Shown in pieces: positions 14,480 through 26,897 of a stretch of DNA of 64,000 nt (within the stretch, counting starts at the first letter, position 1; every line of letters begins with the position of its first letter). The position numbers and the translations under genes are program-made. This DNA comes from Eledone cirrhosa (taxonomy: Eukaryota). The notes below the pieces were generated by a model. It saw nothing but the letters and a program-made list of their open reading frames with translations. It searched no databases and was not told the DNA's origin. The stretch is taken from the NCBI GenBank assembly GCA_964016885.1, contig OZ024764.1:1674001-1738000 (forward strand), in the 5' to 3' direction.

Positions 14480-15415
14480 AGGTGGGTGCGTGTATATGTA
14501 TATAAAGGAGGGGGAGGTATTGAGGAGAGAGAGAGGGATAGAGAAGTAGTGAAAAGAGGTAGAGAGGGGTAGGGGTGTGACATGGGGGGGAGATGAAAGG
14601 GAAGTATTGAGGAGAGATGGGTAGAGAAAAGAGGGAGAGAGAGAGGGGGTGTGTGTGACAGATAGGGGTGTGTGTGTGAGGTAGTGGTGACAGGGGGTGT
14701 GTGAGAGATAGAGAAGTGAAAGACAGACAGTGGCTGTGTGAAGTAGTGGTGACAGGGGGTGTGTGAGAAATAGAGGGGTGAAAGAGAGACGGGGTGTGTG
14801 AGAGATAGAGGGGTGTGTGTGAGAGGTAGAGGGGTGAAAGAGAGACAGGGTGTGTGTGAGGTAGTGGTGACAGGGGGTGTGTGAGAGATATAGGGGTGTA
14901 TGTGAGAGATAGAGGGGTGTGTGTGAGAGGTAGAGGGGTGAAAGAGAGACAGGGAGTGTGTGAGAGATAGAGGGGTGAAAGAGAGACAGGGTGTGTGTGA
15001 GAGATAGAGGGGTGAAAGAGAGACAGGGTGTGTGTGAGAGGGGTGAAAGAGAGACAGGGTGTGTGTGTGAGGGGTGAAAGAGAGACAGGGGGTGTGTGAG
15101 AGGGGTGAAAGAGAGACAGGGTGTGTGTGTGAGGGGTGAAAGAGAGACAGGGGGTGTGTGTGAGGGGTGAAAGAGAGACAGGGTGTGTGTGTGAGGGGTG
15201 AAAGAGGGACAGGGGGTGTGTGTGAGGGGTGAAAGAGAGACAGGGTGTGTGTGTGAGGGGTGAAAGAGAGACAGGGGGTGTGTGTGAGGGGTGAAAGAGA
15301 GACAGGGTGTGTGTGTGAGGGGTGAAAGAGAGACAGGGTGTGTGTGTGAGGGGTGAAAGAGAGACAGGGGGTGTGTGTGAGGGGTGAAAGAGAGACAGGG
15401 GATGTGTGAGAGATG
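14480..15415. repeat. G/A/GT-rich minisatellite (about 32-bp unit gaggggtgaaagagagacagggtgtgtgtgt)
   Basis: Direct inspection; source of the spurious Pro/His/Thr-rich ORFs. Confidence 0.9.
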
Positions 15416-15489
15416 AAAGTGTAATACAGGAAATCAGATTTGAAAGTTGTCCAAATGTAAAGAAAATAACCTGACATTTCACTGCTTCA

Positions 15490-16250
15490 CATCACCATTG
15501 ACACCAACACCACCCCTACAATCATCATCATCTCTATGTCACCAACACCACCCCTACAATCATCATCATCTCTATGACACCAACACCACCCCTACAATCA
15601 TCATCATCTCTATGTCATTGTCACCACCACCACCATCACCATTGTCACCACCCCTACAATCATCATCATCTCTATGTCATTGTCACCAACACCACCATCA
15701 CCATTGTTATCACTATCATGGACACCACCATCATCACATCACCACCACCACCACCACCACCATACTGTCAACACTATCAATGTCATCATCATCATTACTG
15801 TCATCAGTCTCTGCACCACCACCACCATCCCTATTATTGTCATTGTCACTATCACAATCACCAACATCATCACACATCATCTTCCTCACCACCACCACCA
15901 CCATATCATATAACCATCATTACACCACCACCACCATAGCTATCACACATCATCTTCCTCACCACCACCACCACCATATCATATAACCATCATTACACCA
16001 CCACCACCATAGCTATCACACATCATCTTCCTCACCACCACCACCACCATATCATATAACCATCATTACACCACCACCACCACCATAGCTATCACACATC
16101 ATCTTCCTCACCACCACCACCACCATATCATATAACCATCATTACACCACCACCACCACCATAGCTATCACACATCATCTTCCTCACCACCACCACCACC
16201 ATATCATATAACCATCATTACACCACCACCACCGCCACCACACTACCACT
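15490..16250. repeat. (CAC/CAT)n-rich low-complexity region with short tandem units
   Basis: Direct inspection; source of the poly-His/Pro/Thr ORFs. Confidence 0.9.
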
Positions 16251-16459
16251 TGTGTAACTTACTCGTCTAACCTTTTCATTAACTGTCACACCCATCTGTC
16301 AGTCCACCCTGGGTATTATCCCCACCCTAATCCCCACCCACACTACAAACACATTCGTTACCAGATTTCTAATGAAAACCACTGTGGCTTCAGATTTTGT
16401 AAATAATTTTCAAAATAATTAAGGATCCGAGTGTGTGGGAAGTATATAGATACATAAAT

Positions 16460-16520
<61 letters not shown>

Positions 16521-16550
16521 ATCAAAAGATGGTTAAAGGAGTTCCATGTA

Positions 16551-16617
16551 TTTTATTATGCGCATTTCAAAAACAAATATCATCATGCAATAATATTTGT
16601 GTTTTCATCAGATAAAA
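16551..16617 (-). ncRNA. Minimal type-I hammerhead ribozyme motif (sense to EMC6 pre-mRNA)
   Basis: Inverted copy of the 16740-16806 motif: TTTTAT-CTGATGA-stem II-GAAA-TGCGCA-TA-ATAAAA. Confidence 0.7.
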
Positions 16618-16739
16618 CAGGAGAACATGATATGAAGGCTAAAAAACACTTGTGGATAGTGCAGTTTTAAATCAACATATCTTGATTTAAAACTGCACTA
16701 TCCACAAGTGTTTTTTAACCTTCATATCATGTCCTCCTG

Positions 16740-16806
16740 TTTTATCTGATGAAAACACAAATATTATTGCATGATGATGTTTGTTTTTGAAATGCGCATA
16801 ATAAAA
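16740..16806 (+). ncRNA. Minimal type-I hammerhead ribozyme motif
   Basis: Stem I TTTTAT/ATAAAA; CTGATGA 16746-16752; AT-rich stem II; GAAA 16789-16792; palindromic stem III ATGCGCAT; AUA cleavage triplet ending at 16800. Confidence 0.72.
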
Positions 16807-16932
16807 TACATGGAACTCCTTTAACCATCTTTTGATCTTATATTATTTATACTCCAGTCCTACAAACTGTAGGGTGCTTCTTATCCGATATCTGCATTGC
16901 TTTATTGTACTACAATAAAACTCACCTCCTAC

Positions 16933-16967
<35 letters not shown>

Positions 16968-17067
16968 ATAATAATAAATTTGAAGACTAAAATCCAAAGA
17001 GGGCTCGATAAGGATAAATATATATCAAATATATCAAATAAATATATATATATATATATATATAGTA

Positions 17068-17257
17068 ATAATAATTGTTTCTATTTTAGGCACAAGGCCA
17101 GCAAATACCCAGTACATTACTGGTACTTTATTTTATCGACCCCGTAAGGATGAAAGGCAAAGTTAACCTCGGCGGGATTTGAACTCAGATCGTAAAGGGA
17201 CGTAACTATGCTGGAAAGCATGTCCGACCCTCTACCGATACTGCCAATCCACCGCCC
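17068..17257 (-). mobile_element. tRNA-derived SINE, family 2 (gcctttcatccttacggggtcgataaaataaagtacc central domain)
   Basis: Pol III A/B boxes (tggcagtatcgg...gagttcaaatccc); other copies at about 26232-26650, 26712-26897 and 46144-46325. Confidence 0.8.
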
Positions 17258-17482
17258 TTATATATATAGTAATAATAATAAATGTGAAGACTAAAATCCA
17301 AAGAGGGCTCGATAAGGATAATATATATATAAAACCGTAGAGCAAATATTTATTAAAATAACAGATTAAAGTTTAAACAAAGAATCACTGCTTTCACTCT
17401 TAACGGGATCTTCTGAAACTCAGAAGATCCCGTTAAGGGTGAAAGCAGCAATTCTGTGCTTAAATTTTAATCTGTTATTTTG

Positions 17483-17529
<47 letters not shown>

Positions 17530-17652
17530 CAAAAGGGATATTTAATTTGTTGGTAATTCAACACATATATATGTTTATAACTGATTCGAAGCACTCAACA
17601 GATTTTCTGGAGTATAATATCAATGATATTAAATAAATGGAAACCATATTTA

Positions 17653-17709
17653 TTCTATTATATATATTTCAAGCATACCAAAACTTTGGTACGCTCTCAT
17701 CAGATAAAA
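17653..17709 (-). ncRNA. Minimal type-I hammerhead ribozyme motif (sense to EMC6 pre-mRNA)
   Basis: TTTTAT-CTGATGA-GAGCGTACCAA-loop-TTGGTATGCTT-GAAA-TATATA-TA-ATAGAA: 11-bp stem II, palindromic stem III, AUA site. Confidence 0.78.
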
Positions 17710-17755
17710 TACAAAGTTTGTTTTATAAATATAGTTTCCATTTATTTAATATCAT

Positions 17756-17805
<50 letters not shown>

Positions 17806-17809
17806 CAAC

Positions 17810-19238
17810 TCTTTAGCATTTAAACCAGCTGTATTGGCCAGAATCTTCTTTTTGCTCAAACTGGCCATAACCAGTTGCTCATACTGATGTTAAGGTATTG
17901 TCCTCAAAATAAATATCAAAATCTTATAAATTCGCTATTATGTGAGGTAAAGCGTTTACCACGAAAATACAATAGTATATATAGAGTAATGTAAATGTTA
18001 TGTGAGGTATTATGTGAGGTAAAGCCTTTACTGTGACAATACAATAGTATATATAGAGTAATGTAAATGTTATGTGAGATATTATGTGAGGTAAAGCCTT
18101 TACTGTGAAATTACAATAGTATATAGAGAGTAATGTAAATGTTATGTGAGATATTATGTGAGGTAAAGCCTTTACTGTGAAAATACAATAGTATATATAG
18201 AGTAATGTAAATGTTATGTGAGATATTATGTGAGGTAAAGCCTTTACTGTGAAAATACAATAGTATATATAGAGTAATGTAAATGTTATGTGAGATATTA
18301 TGTGAGGTAAAGCCTTTACTGTGACAATACAATAGTATATATAGAGTAATGTAAATGTTATGTGAGATATTATGTGAGGTAAAGCCTTTACTGTGAAAAT
18401 ACAATAGTATATATAGAGTAATGTAAATGTTATGTGAGATATTATGTGAGGTAAAGCCTTTACTGTGACAATACAATAGTATATATAGAGTAATGTAAAT
18501 GTTATGTGAGATATTATGTGAGGTAAAGCCTTTACTGTGAAAATACAATAGTATATATAGAGTAATGTAAATGTTATGTGAGATATTATGTGAGGTAAAG
18601 CCTTTACTGTGACAATACAATAGTATATATAGAGTAATGTAAATGTTATGTGAGATATTATGTGAGGTAAAGCCTTTACTGTGAAAATACAATAGTATAT
18701 ATAGAGTAATGTAAATGTTATGTGAGATATTATGAGAGGTAAAGACTTTACTGTGAAAATACAATAGTATATATAGAGTAATGTAAATGTTATGTGAGAT
18801 ATTATGGGAGGTAAAACCTTTACTGTGAAAATACAATAGTATATATAGAGTAATGTAAATGTTATGTGAGATATTATGTGAGGTAAAGCCTTTACTGTGA
18901 AAATACAATAGTATATATAGAGTAATGTAAATGTTATGTGAGATATTATGGGAGGTAAAACCTTTACTGTGAAAATACAATAGTATATATAGAGTAATGT
19001 AAATGTTATGTGAGATATTATGTGAGGTAAAGCCTTTACTGTGAAAATACAATAGTATATATAGAGTAATGTAAATGTTATGTGAGATATTATGGGAGGT
19101 AAAACCTTTACTGTGAAAATACAATAGTATATATAGAGTAATGTAAATGTTATGTGAGGTAAAGCCTTTACTGTGAAAATACAATAGTATATATAGAGTA
19201 ATGTAAATGTTATGTGAGATATTATGTGAGGTAAAGCC
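17810..19238 (+). mobile_element. Second copy (3'-truncated) of the TTAA-type element with 72-bp array
   Basis: Starts ctctttagcatttt-aaaccagc like the copy at 223; about 18 x 72-bp units at about 17938-19238. Confidence 0.8.
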
Positions 19239-19329
19239 TCCCCATGTATTGAGTACTCCCATGATTAGTGGTCTCTCTGGTCTCAGCACCACAGACTATA
19301 TATGCATATCTAATTTGAAAGAATGTCTC

Positions 19330-20545
19330 ATGCAGCTAAGATCTTATGAAATTAATTGAAAAAAAAAAGAGTCATATTCTAGCTGATTAGAGAACGTGTT
19401 AACTTAGATGAGATGCAGTTTCGATTTGTCCCAGGTTAAAGTACCATGGATGCCCTCTTCCTTGTAAGACAACTGCAGGAGAAGTACCTAGCTAAGAGTA
19501 AACCCCTTTACTTGGCTTTTATAGATATGGAGGAGGGTGTAGACGAGTGGCTTGTGAGGGCAGTACAAACCATGTATAGAGGAACTGTCAGCAAGGTTAG
19601 AATTAACAAAGACTATAGTGAAGAATTTACTGTGCAGGTTGGGGTCCATCAGGGCTCTGTTCTTAGCCCTCTCCTGTTTATTGTCGTTCTGCAGGCAATA
19701 AAAGAGTCAGTAAGGTTAGAATTAACAATGAATATTGTGAAGAATTTAGTGTAAAAGTTGGTGTTCATCAAGGCTCTGTCCTTAGCCCCTTCCTATTTAT
19801 TATTGCCCTTCAGGCTATAACAGAGGAGTTAAAGACTGGCTGCCCTTGGGAACTTCTGTATGCAGATGACCTAACCCTTATAGCCGTATCTATAGCTGAA
19901 CTAAACCTGGAAGCTCAGCCTAGAATCTAAAGGTCTTAAAGACAACCTGGCAAAGACTAAAGTCCTAGTAAGTAGAAGGGAAAACGGAGCCTAGATTCCC
20001 TCTGGGAAATGGCTCTGCTCCGTGTGCAGAAAAGGAGTAGGTAGAAATTCCATTCTATGTCCCAAAAGCAAATTATGTGTACACAACAGATGATCATCAT
20101 CACCGTTTAATGTCTTTATATACATATATATATCGCCCTCCCTTATATACAAACTTAAACCTGCAGTCAGTAGGCACCTCTTAATCAAATATACACCCCA
20201 ACCTACTACCCCTACTCCACCCACCCCACACTCCCACCAACACCACCCTCTCTCTGTAAAGTTGGTACCACAACATCCAGTCCAAAATAAATGAGGTTGT
20301 GTAGGTGTCACAACAAAAAACACACAGTCCACGCTGTAATGTGGCCGTGTAGGTAACATGGTAAAAAGCTCTGTAGGTAACACTGTAAACGTGGTTGGTG
20401 TTAGGAAGGGCATCCAGCCGTAGAAAACCTGCCAGACAGTCCTATATGAGCGAGACACGGTCACCCTACCAATCTTGCCTCAAGTGGGACAACTCCTGTC
20501 TAACCCATGCTAGCGTGGAAGATAGACGTTAAACGATGATGATAT
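19330..20545 (+). mobile_element. RTE-clade LINE fragments (RT with Cys-rich insert) plus 3'UTR and (TGA)n tail
   Basis: DALFLVRQLQEKY, GVHQGSVLSPLLF (duplicated), ELLYADDL, WLCSVCRKGVGRNSILC; 3'UTR homologous to 48412-48790. Confidence 0.85.
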
Positions 20546-20904
20546 ATATATATTTTTACTCTTATTGGTTTCAGTCATCAGACTGTGGCCATGCTGGGCT
20601 ACAGCCTTGATTTAGTGGATCATAGCCCCAGCACTTAGTTTTTCAAGCCTGTAATTTATTTTCCAAACTCCTTCTTGTCAAACTGCTATAATTTCATATA
20701 AAAACCCCTAATGTTCGAAACACCAACTTAATAAATAAACTCAATCCCCGTTTATTTTCCAAATTATTTAAAAATAATAGGCAACGTCTTTCATTAGAAA
20801 TCTGGTAAAGAAAGGATTAAATGCTGGGGAGCAGGTTAACTGAAGAGTAACAATGCAAGGGAAACAACTCTTACCAATGTCACCATATCGTGAGCGAATG
20901 AGTT

Positions 20905-21280
20905 GTTGGAAATAGCAGCCAAATCTCCCTCAGATCGCACCCTACTGTCTGATGTATGAGGGAGACCTCTACATGGTAGCTACACCTGGTAGAAATAGCA
21001 GCCAAATCTCTTTCAGATCGCACCCTACTGTCATGTATGAGGGAGACCTCTACATGGTAGCTAGACCTGGTAGAAATAACAACCAAATCTCCCTCAAATA
21101 ACACCATACTGTCTTATGTATGAGGGAGACCTCTACATGGTAACTAGACCTGGTAGAAATAGCAACTAAATCTCCCTCAAATCACACCATACTGTCTTAT
21201 GTATGAGGGAGACCTCTACATGGTAGCCAGACCTGGTAGAAATAGCAGTCAAAACCCCCTCAAATCACACCCTACTCTCT
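20905..21280. repeat. Approximately 83-bp tandem repeat (4-5 units, ggtagaaatagcagccaaatctccctcaaatcacacc...)
   Basis: Direct inspection. Confidence 0.8.
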
Positions 21281-21400
21281 TGTATGTACCTGTAAAAGAG
21301 ATCATCATAACAATAACAACAACAGCAGCAACTAAAACTTCTTCAGTTTCTCACATCTGAAAAAAAAAAAACAACCATGTATTGGTCTGTGTAAGGATAC

Positions 21401-21420
21401 GTCCAAAATAAGATATATGT
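21401..21420 (-). CDS. EMC6: EMC6 coding exon 4, 20-nt microexon (TYILFW + AC)
   Basis: ACATATATCTTATTTTGGAC preceded by TTCCTTAAC-taatattttccag and followed by GTATCCTTAC; supplies the conserved TY[VI]LFWT motif. Confidence 0.95.
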
Positions 21421-21699
21421 CTGGAAAATATTAGTTAAGGAATATATATGAATTAGCGTGGAAGAACGGACGTAAAACGGTGATGATGATGATGATGATG
21501 ATATATATAAACTAGCAGAGCTACCCGGTTGTTCCCAGGTATTATATTAAAGTTACAAAATATTTGACCAATGAAATATGATGTTGAATTTTAACTAAAG
21601 TAGGAATATTTATTGTTGTTTGGTGAAAGCAAATCATGTAGATAAAAATATTATTAGGGTTTTCCAGTGGTGATTTTTTGAATACTGCTCCCAATTCTT

Positions 21700-23110
21700 T
21701 GACCCCACTCGGTCACGGATGACCAGGGTTTTGCACCTAGAAAATTTCCCTCCGAGGTACAAGCCTGGGCAAGGTTTGTTTTGTGGAAGACTAGTAGTTG
21801 CCCCTCCACACCATCGATGTTGTCCAAGGGAAAGGTAATGGCTGACACAGCTTGGTACCAGTGACATAGCATGTATATATATATGTATATACACTACACT
21901 ATATATGTTGTCCAAGGGAAAGGCAATGGCTGACACAGCTTGGTACCAGTGACATCACAACATATATATATATACACTACACTATATATGTTGTCCAAGG
22001 GAAAGGCAATGGCTGACACAGCTTGGTACCAGTGACATCACAACATATATATATATACACTACACTATATATGTTGTCCAAGGGAAAGGCAATGGCTGAC
22101 ACAGCTTGGTACCAGTGACATCACAACATATATATATATACACTACACTATATATGTTGTCCAAGAGAAAGGCAATGGCTGACACAGCTTGGTACCAGTG
22201 ACATCACAACATATATATATATACACTACACTATATATGTTGTCCAAGGGAAAGGCAATGGCTGACACAGCTTGGTACCTGTGACATCACAACATATATA
22301 TATATACACTACACTATATATGTTGTCCAAGGGAAAGGCAATGGCTGACACAGCTTGGTACCAGTGACATCACAACATATATATATATACACTACACTAT
22401 ATATGTTGTCCAAGGGAAAGGCAATGGCTGACACAGCTTGGTACCAGTGACATCACAACATATATATATATACACTACACTATATATGTTGTCCAAGGGA
22501 AAGGCAATGGCTGACACAGCTTGGTACCTGTGACATCACAACATATATATATATACACTACACTATATATGTTGTCCAAGGGAAAGGTGATGGCTGATAC
22601 AGCTTGGTACCTGTGACATAACATATATATATATATACACTACATTATATATGTTGTCCAAGAGAAAGGTAATGGCTGACACAGCTTGGTACCAGTGACA
22701 TAGCATATATATATATATATTATATATACATTATATATACCCTATGTACAGTATATATATACTATATATAATGTTGTCCAAGGGAAAGGCAATGGCTGAT
22801 GCAGCTTGGTACCAGTGACATTACAACATATATATATACATTATAGACTTGCTCTATATACACTACACTATATGACTGGTATTTAGACTATATATACACT
22901 ACACTATATGATGTTGTCCAAGGGAAAGACAATGACCAATACAGCTTGGTACCAGTGACGTCACAACTCATTTCTACAGCTGAGTAAACTGGAGCAACAT
23001 GAAATAAAGTGTCTTGCTTAAGGACGTAACACATCACCCGGTCCGAGAATTGAACTTACAACCTCTCATTTTCAAGCCCAATGCTCTAACCACTAAGCCA
23101 TGCGCCTTCA
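21700..23110 (-). mobile_element. tRNA-derived SINE interrupted by an 83-bp internal tandem array (about 21818-22960)
   Basis: Head tggcttagtggttagagc...aagttcaattctc and CORE-like ccttaagcaagacacttta; unit tgttgtccaagggaaaggcaatggctgacacagcttggtaccagtgac + TA-rich spacer, period 83. Confidence 0.8.
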
Positions 23111-23209
23111 CATATGCTCCCTATTAGTCAGCATATATAATGCTTCACACCTGGAAGAATCATTAGGTACGTTGTCAGTGAAAAGGGGATGTCCCAAAAA
23201 ATACATTTA

Positions 23210-24215
23210 GTAAAGACTAATATTTAATGTGATGTAGTCATAGTGTTGTTTTGTACTAAATGTTTATAGTATCTTTACTGGTGGACAGATTGTTGTGAAC
23301 ATTTACAGTATTACACTTTAATATTTAATGTGATGTAGTCATAGTGTTGTTTTGTACTAAATGTTTATAGTATCTTTACTGGTGGACAGATTGTTGTGAA
23401 CATTTACAGTATTACAGTAAAGACTTTAATATTTAATGTGATGTAGTCATAGTGTTGTTTTGTACTAAATGTTTATAGTATCTTTACTGGTAGACAGATT
23501 GTTGTGAAAATTTACAGTATTACAGTAAAGACTTTAATATTTAATGTGATGTAGTCATAGTGTTGTTTTGTACTAAATGTTTATAGTATCTTTACTGGTG
23601 GACAGATTGTTGTGAAAATTTACAGTATTAGAGTAAAGACTTTAATATTTAATGTGATGTAGTCATAGTGTTATTTTGTACTAAATGTTTATAGTATCTT
23701 TACTAGTGGACAGATTGTTGTGAAAATTTACAGTATTACAGTAAAGACTTTAATATTTAATGTGATGTAGTCATAGTGTTGTTTTGTACTAAATGTTTAT
23801 AGTATCTTTACTGGGGGACAGACTGTTGAGAAAATTTACAGTATTACAGTAAAGACTTTAATATTTAATGTGATGTAGTCATAGTGTTGTTTTGTACTAA
23901 ATGTTTATAGTATCTTTACTGGTGGACAGATTGTTGTGAAAATTTACAGTATTAGAGTAAAGACTTTAATATTTAATGTGATGTAGTCATAGTGTTATTT
24001 TGTACTAAATGTTTATAGTATCTTTACTAGTGGACAGATTGTTGTGAAAATTTACAGTATTACAGTAAAGACTTTAATATTTAATGTGATGTAGTCATAG
24101 TGTTGTTTTGTACTAAATGTTTATAGTATCTTTACTGGGGGACAGACTGTTGAGAAAATTTACAGTATTACAGTAAAGACTTTAGTATTTAATGTGATGT
24201 AGTGATAGTGTTGTC
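23210..24215. repeat. 108-bp AT-rich tandem array (about 9 units)
   Basis: taaagact at 23418, 23526 and 23634. Confidence 0.92.
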
Positions 24216-24294
24216 TTGCTAATGTGGTTTCATGTGATTTGCTAATTCAATTGTTTATAGTATCTTATACACGCATGTGTGTGTGTCTGTATGT

Positions 24295-24410
24295 AAATCA
24301 TGACTCATACACTGTTCACTTTCCTGACATTTGTACATTATTCTATGTACTACACATGCACATTTGATGAGTTGTAGTGCACCTGAGCACTGTACACAAT
24401 AATTTCATTA
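24295..24410 (+). mobile_element. 3' tail of the CR1-like LINE without the 61-bp array
   Basis: tcatgactcatacactgttcactttcctgacatttg...gtagtgcacctg matches 46095-46140 and the reverse complement of 56120-56215. Confidence 0.75.
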
Positions 24411-24431
24411 TATATATGTTGCTAAGGATAC

Positions 24432-24524
24432 AAATAAACCTCCAAATAGTCCACTGAAGAATAGAACTCTCCGACTGACAAAGTATTTGTTCCATCTGGA
24501 GCCTGCTTTTACCATTAGCATAAC
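24432..24524 (-). CDS. EMC6: EMC6 coding exon 3 (VMLMVKAGSRWNKYFVSRRVLFFSGLFGGLF)
   Basis: 93 nt, ttccag| acceptor, ends at a GTATCCTT donor; matches EMC6 KAG.RWNKYF.SRR.LF..GL.GGLF. Confidence 0.97.
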
Positions 24525-25013
24525 CTGGAATATATAGGAGAGTGTGAGTGAGGGTCTGGCAGAGTGTGAGTAAGGGTCTGAGAGTCTGGAATATATAGGA
24601 GTGAGCATGGTAGAGTATGAATGAGAGTGGCAGGTGAGTGAGAATGAAGGTGGGTCTTCTGTATAACTGGATACTTCTTATTTATAATTGTATATAGATT
24701 ATATATATAAATATAACTATTATATATATATGTTGAGTATTTCTGAAGAAAAAGCAAAGGAAAAAAGAGTGCTCTATGTATAGTACAGAGCTATTTAATT
24801 AGAAAGTGAACAACACAATATGGACCCTAGACAATAGCTCATCAACCAAAGGGGTTATGAAATAAAAATACAATATTTTCATTTCATAAACCCTTTGTCT
24901 GATGAGCAAACTAGACATATGTGAATATTGTCTAGGGTCCTGAAACCTTTGCTAATGGAGTAGTTATATATTGTGTTGTTTACTTTCTAATTATATATAT
25001 ATATGTGTGTGTT

Positions 25014-25057
<44 letters not shown>

Positions 25058-25119
25058 AATTAGAACCCTGTAACCATTAAGCTCTAAGTATAAAGTACAA
25101 ATAAATACTGAGCCGATTA

Positions 25120-25445
25120 ACAATATATAGTAAGAAACACAGTAAACCGTGTGTCTAAAATTACAAGGGTTGAAAAACCACATATGCTTGAAATATTTAA
25201 CCAAGAAACAGACAGAATGACAAAATGAAAATAAAAATATATTATCATAATTATACAAACCGCCTCAATAACCATTATATCTCTTGTTATGGTTATTGAG
25301 GCGGTTTGTATAATTATGATAATATATTTTTATTTTCATTTTGTCATTCTGTCTGTTTCTTGGTTAAATATTTCAAGCATATGTGGTTTTTCAACCCTTG
25401 TAATTTTAGACACACGGTTTACTGTGTTTCTTACTATATATTATT
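25120..25445. repeat. Fold-back inverted repeat with about 155-bp near-identical arms
   Basis: 25120-25275 is the reverse complement of 25289-25445; short spacer; flanked by (TA)n. Confidence 0.9.
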
Positions 25446-25733
25446 ATATATATATATGTTTAACTCTAACGCACTCAAGTATTTTTATCTTATATATGTA
25501 TATATATACATGTATATATATATACATGTATATGTATATATATATATATATACATGTATATATATATACATGTATATGTATATATATATATATACATGTA
25601 TGTATATATATATATACATGTATGTATATATATATATATATACATGTATATATATATATACATGTATGTATATATATATATACATGCATATATATATATA
25701 TATATATATGCATGTATGTATATATATATATAT

Positions 25734-25798
<65 letters not shown>

Positions 25799-25929
25799 CA
25801 TACATGTATATATATATATATACATACATGTATATATATATAAGATAGAATGTGTGTGTGAGTGGCTAGGTTACTGGAAGAGAAGCTAGTTGCCAAGTGA
25901 AGACATAGCAGTAATTAGTTAGGGCTTAC

Positions 25930-26090
25930 CGAGAGCAGAATGGCACTGATGAAGTAGAATACGAAGCCGTGTAGACTGGTCAGGCCCATGATGCCAGCAG
26001 TGGCTCCCCCTAGTGCCGACATTGAGGTGCGGCAGTAGTCCATGATGGCTGCATTGTTTCTGACAGCTATCTCACTGTACGCCACAGCAT
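25930..26090 (-). CDS. EMC6: EMC6 coding exon 2 ([54 protein letters not shown])
   Basis: 161 nt between ctctcag| and |gtaagc; matches the conserved EMC6/TMEM93 motif SE.AVR.NAA..DYCRTS.SAL.GATAGI.GLT.L.GF.FY. Confidence 0.97.
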
Positions 26091-26231
26091 CTGAGAGGGG
26101 AGAAATATCATCATCATCATCATCATCATTTTATATAATAATCTAAACTACAATAAAGTAAGGAGTGCGGGACTGTGTCCAGAATATATTTTTTTTATCC
26201 CATTTGTAAAATAAGTTGGATTACTTTGAAT

Positions 26232-26897
26232 AAATAATTGTTTCTACTTTTGGCACAAGGCCAGCAATTATCCCAGTGTATTACTGGTACTTTATTTTAT
26301 CGACCCCCGTAATAATTGTTTCTACTTTTGGCACAAGGCCAGCAATTATCCCAGTGTATTACTGGTACTTTATTTTATCGACCCCCGTAATAATTGTTTC
26401 TACTTTTGGCACAAGGCCAGCAATTATCCCAGTGTATTACTGGTAGTTTATTTTATCGACCCCCGTAATAATTGTTTCTACTTTTGGCACAAGGCCAGCA
26501 ATTATTCCAGTGTATTACTGGTAGTTTATTTTATCAACCCCGTAAGGATGAAAGGCAAAGTTGACCTCGGCGGGATTTGAACTCCAAGAGCAGAGAACTG
26601 GAACGAATACCATAAAGGATTCTATGGAACGTTCTAACGACTCTGCCAGAATATTACATAATTTATCTACTAAATTTCGTAACTCTTGATTAAATATAAA
26701 TATTTTTATATATAATTGTTTCTACTTTTGGCACAAGGCCAGCAATTATCTCAGTGTATTACTGGTACTTTATTTTATCGACCTCCGTAAGGATGAAAGG
26801 CAAAGTTAACCTCGGCGGGATTTGAACTCAGATCATAAAGGGCCGTAACTCTTTGCTGCAAAGCATGGCGTCCGACCCTCTACTGATACTGCCAATA
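26232..26897 (-). mobile_element. Two family-2 SINE copies, the first with a 4 x 78-bp tandem duplication of its 3' part
   Basis: aataattgtttctacttttggcacaaggcc...atcgacccccgt repeated four times, then continues into the SINE body and head. Confidence 0.8.

Larger units (their letters stand above)
16517..16935 (+). mobile_element. Penelope-type fold-back insertion (inverted arm + direct arm + unique tail) in a (TA)n tract
   Basis: About 160-bp near-perfect inverted repeat (16517-16840) with a hammerhead motif in each arm; same family as 47233-48015. Confidence 0.75.
5832..21400 (-). other. EMC6: U12-type GT-AG intron of EMC6 (15569 nt, phase 2)
   Basis: 5' splice site GTATCCTTAC (21400-21391); branch-like CTCCTTAAA (5849-5841) about 11 nt from cacag; no polypyrimidine tract between branch site and AG. 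Confidence 0.88.
21421..24431 (-). other. EMC6: U12-type GT-AG intron of EMC6 (3011 nt, phase 0)
   Basis: 5' splice site GTATCCTT (24431-24424); branch site TTCCTTAAC (21442-21434) about 15 nt from the AG. Confidence 0.93.

Noticed and set aside
21330-21372. U2-like acceptor (T)n-cag 44 nt downstream of the microexon that would give an alternative end TCEKLKKF*
   Set aside because: The intron would be only 44 nt and pair a U12 donor with a U2 acceptor lacking a U12 branch site; the conserved terminal exon exists at 5801-5831.
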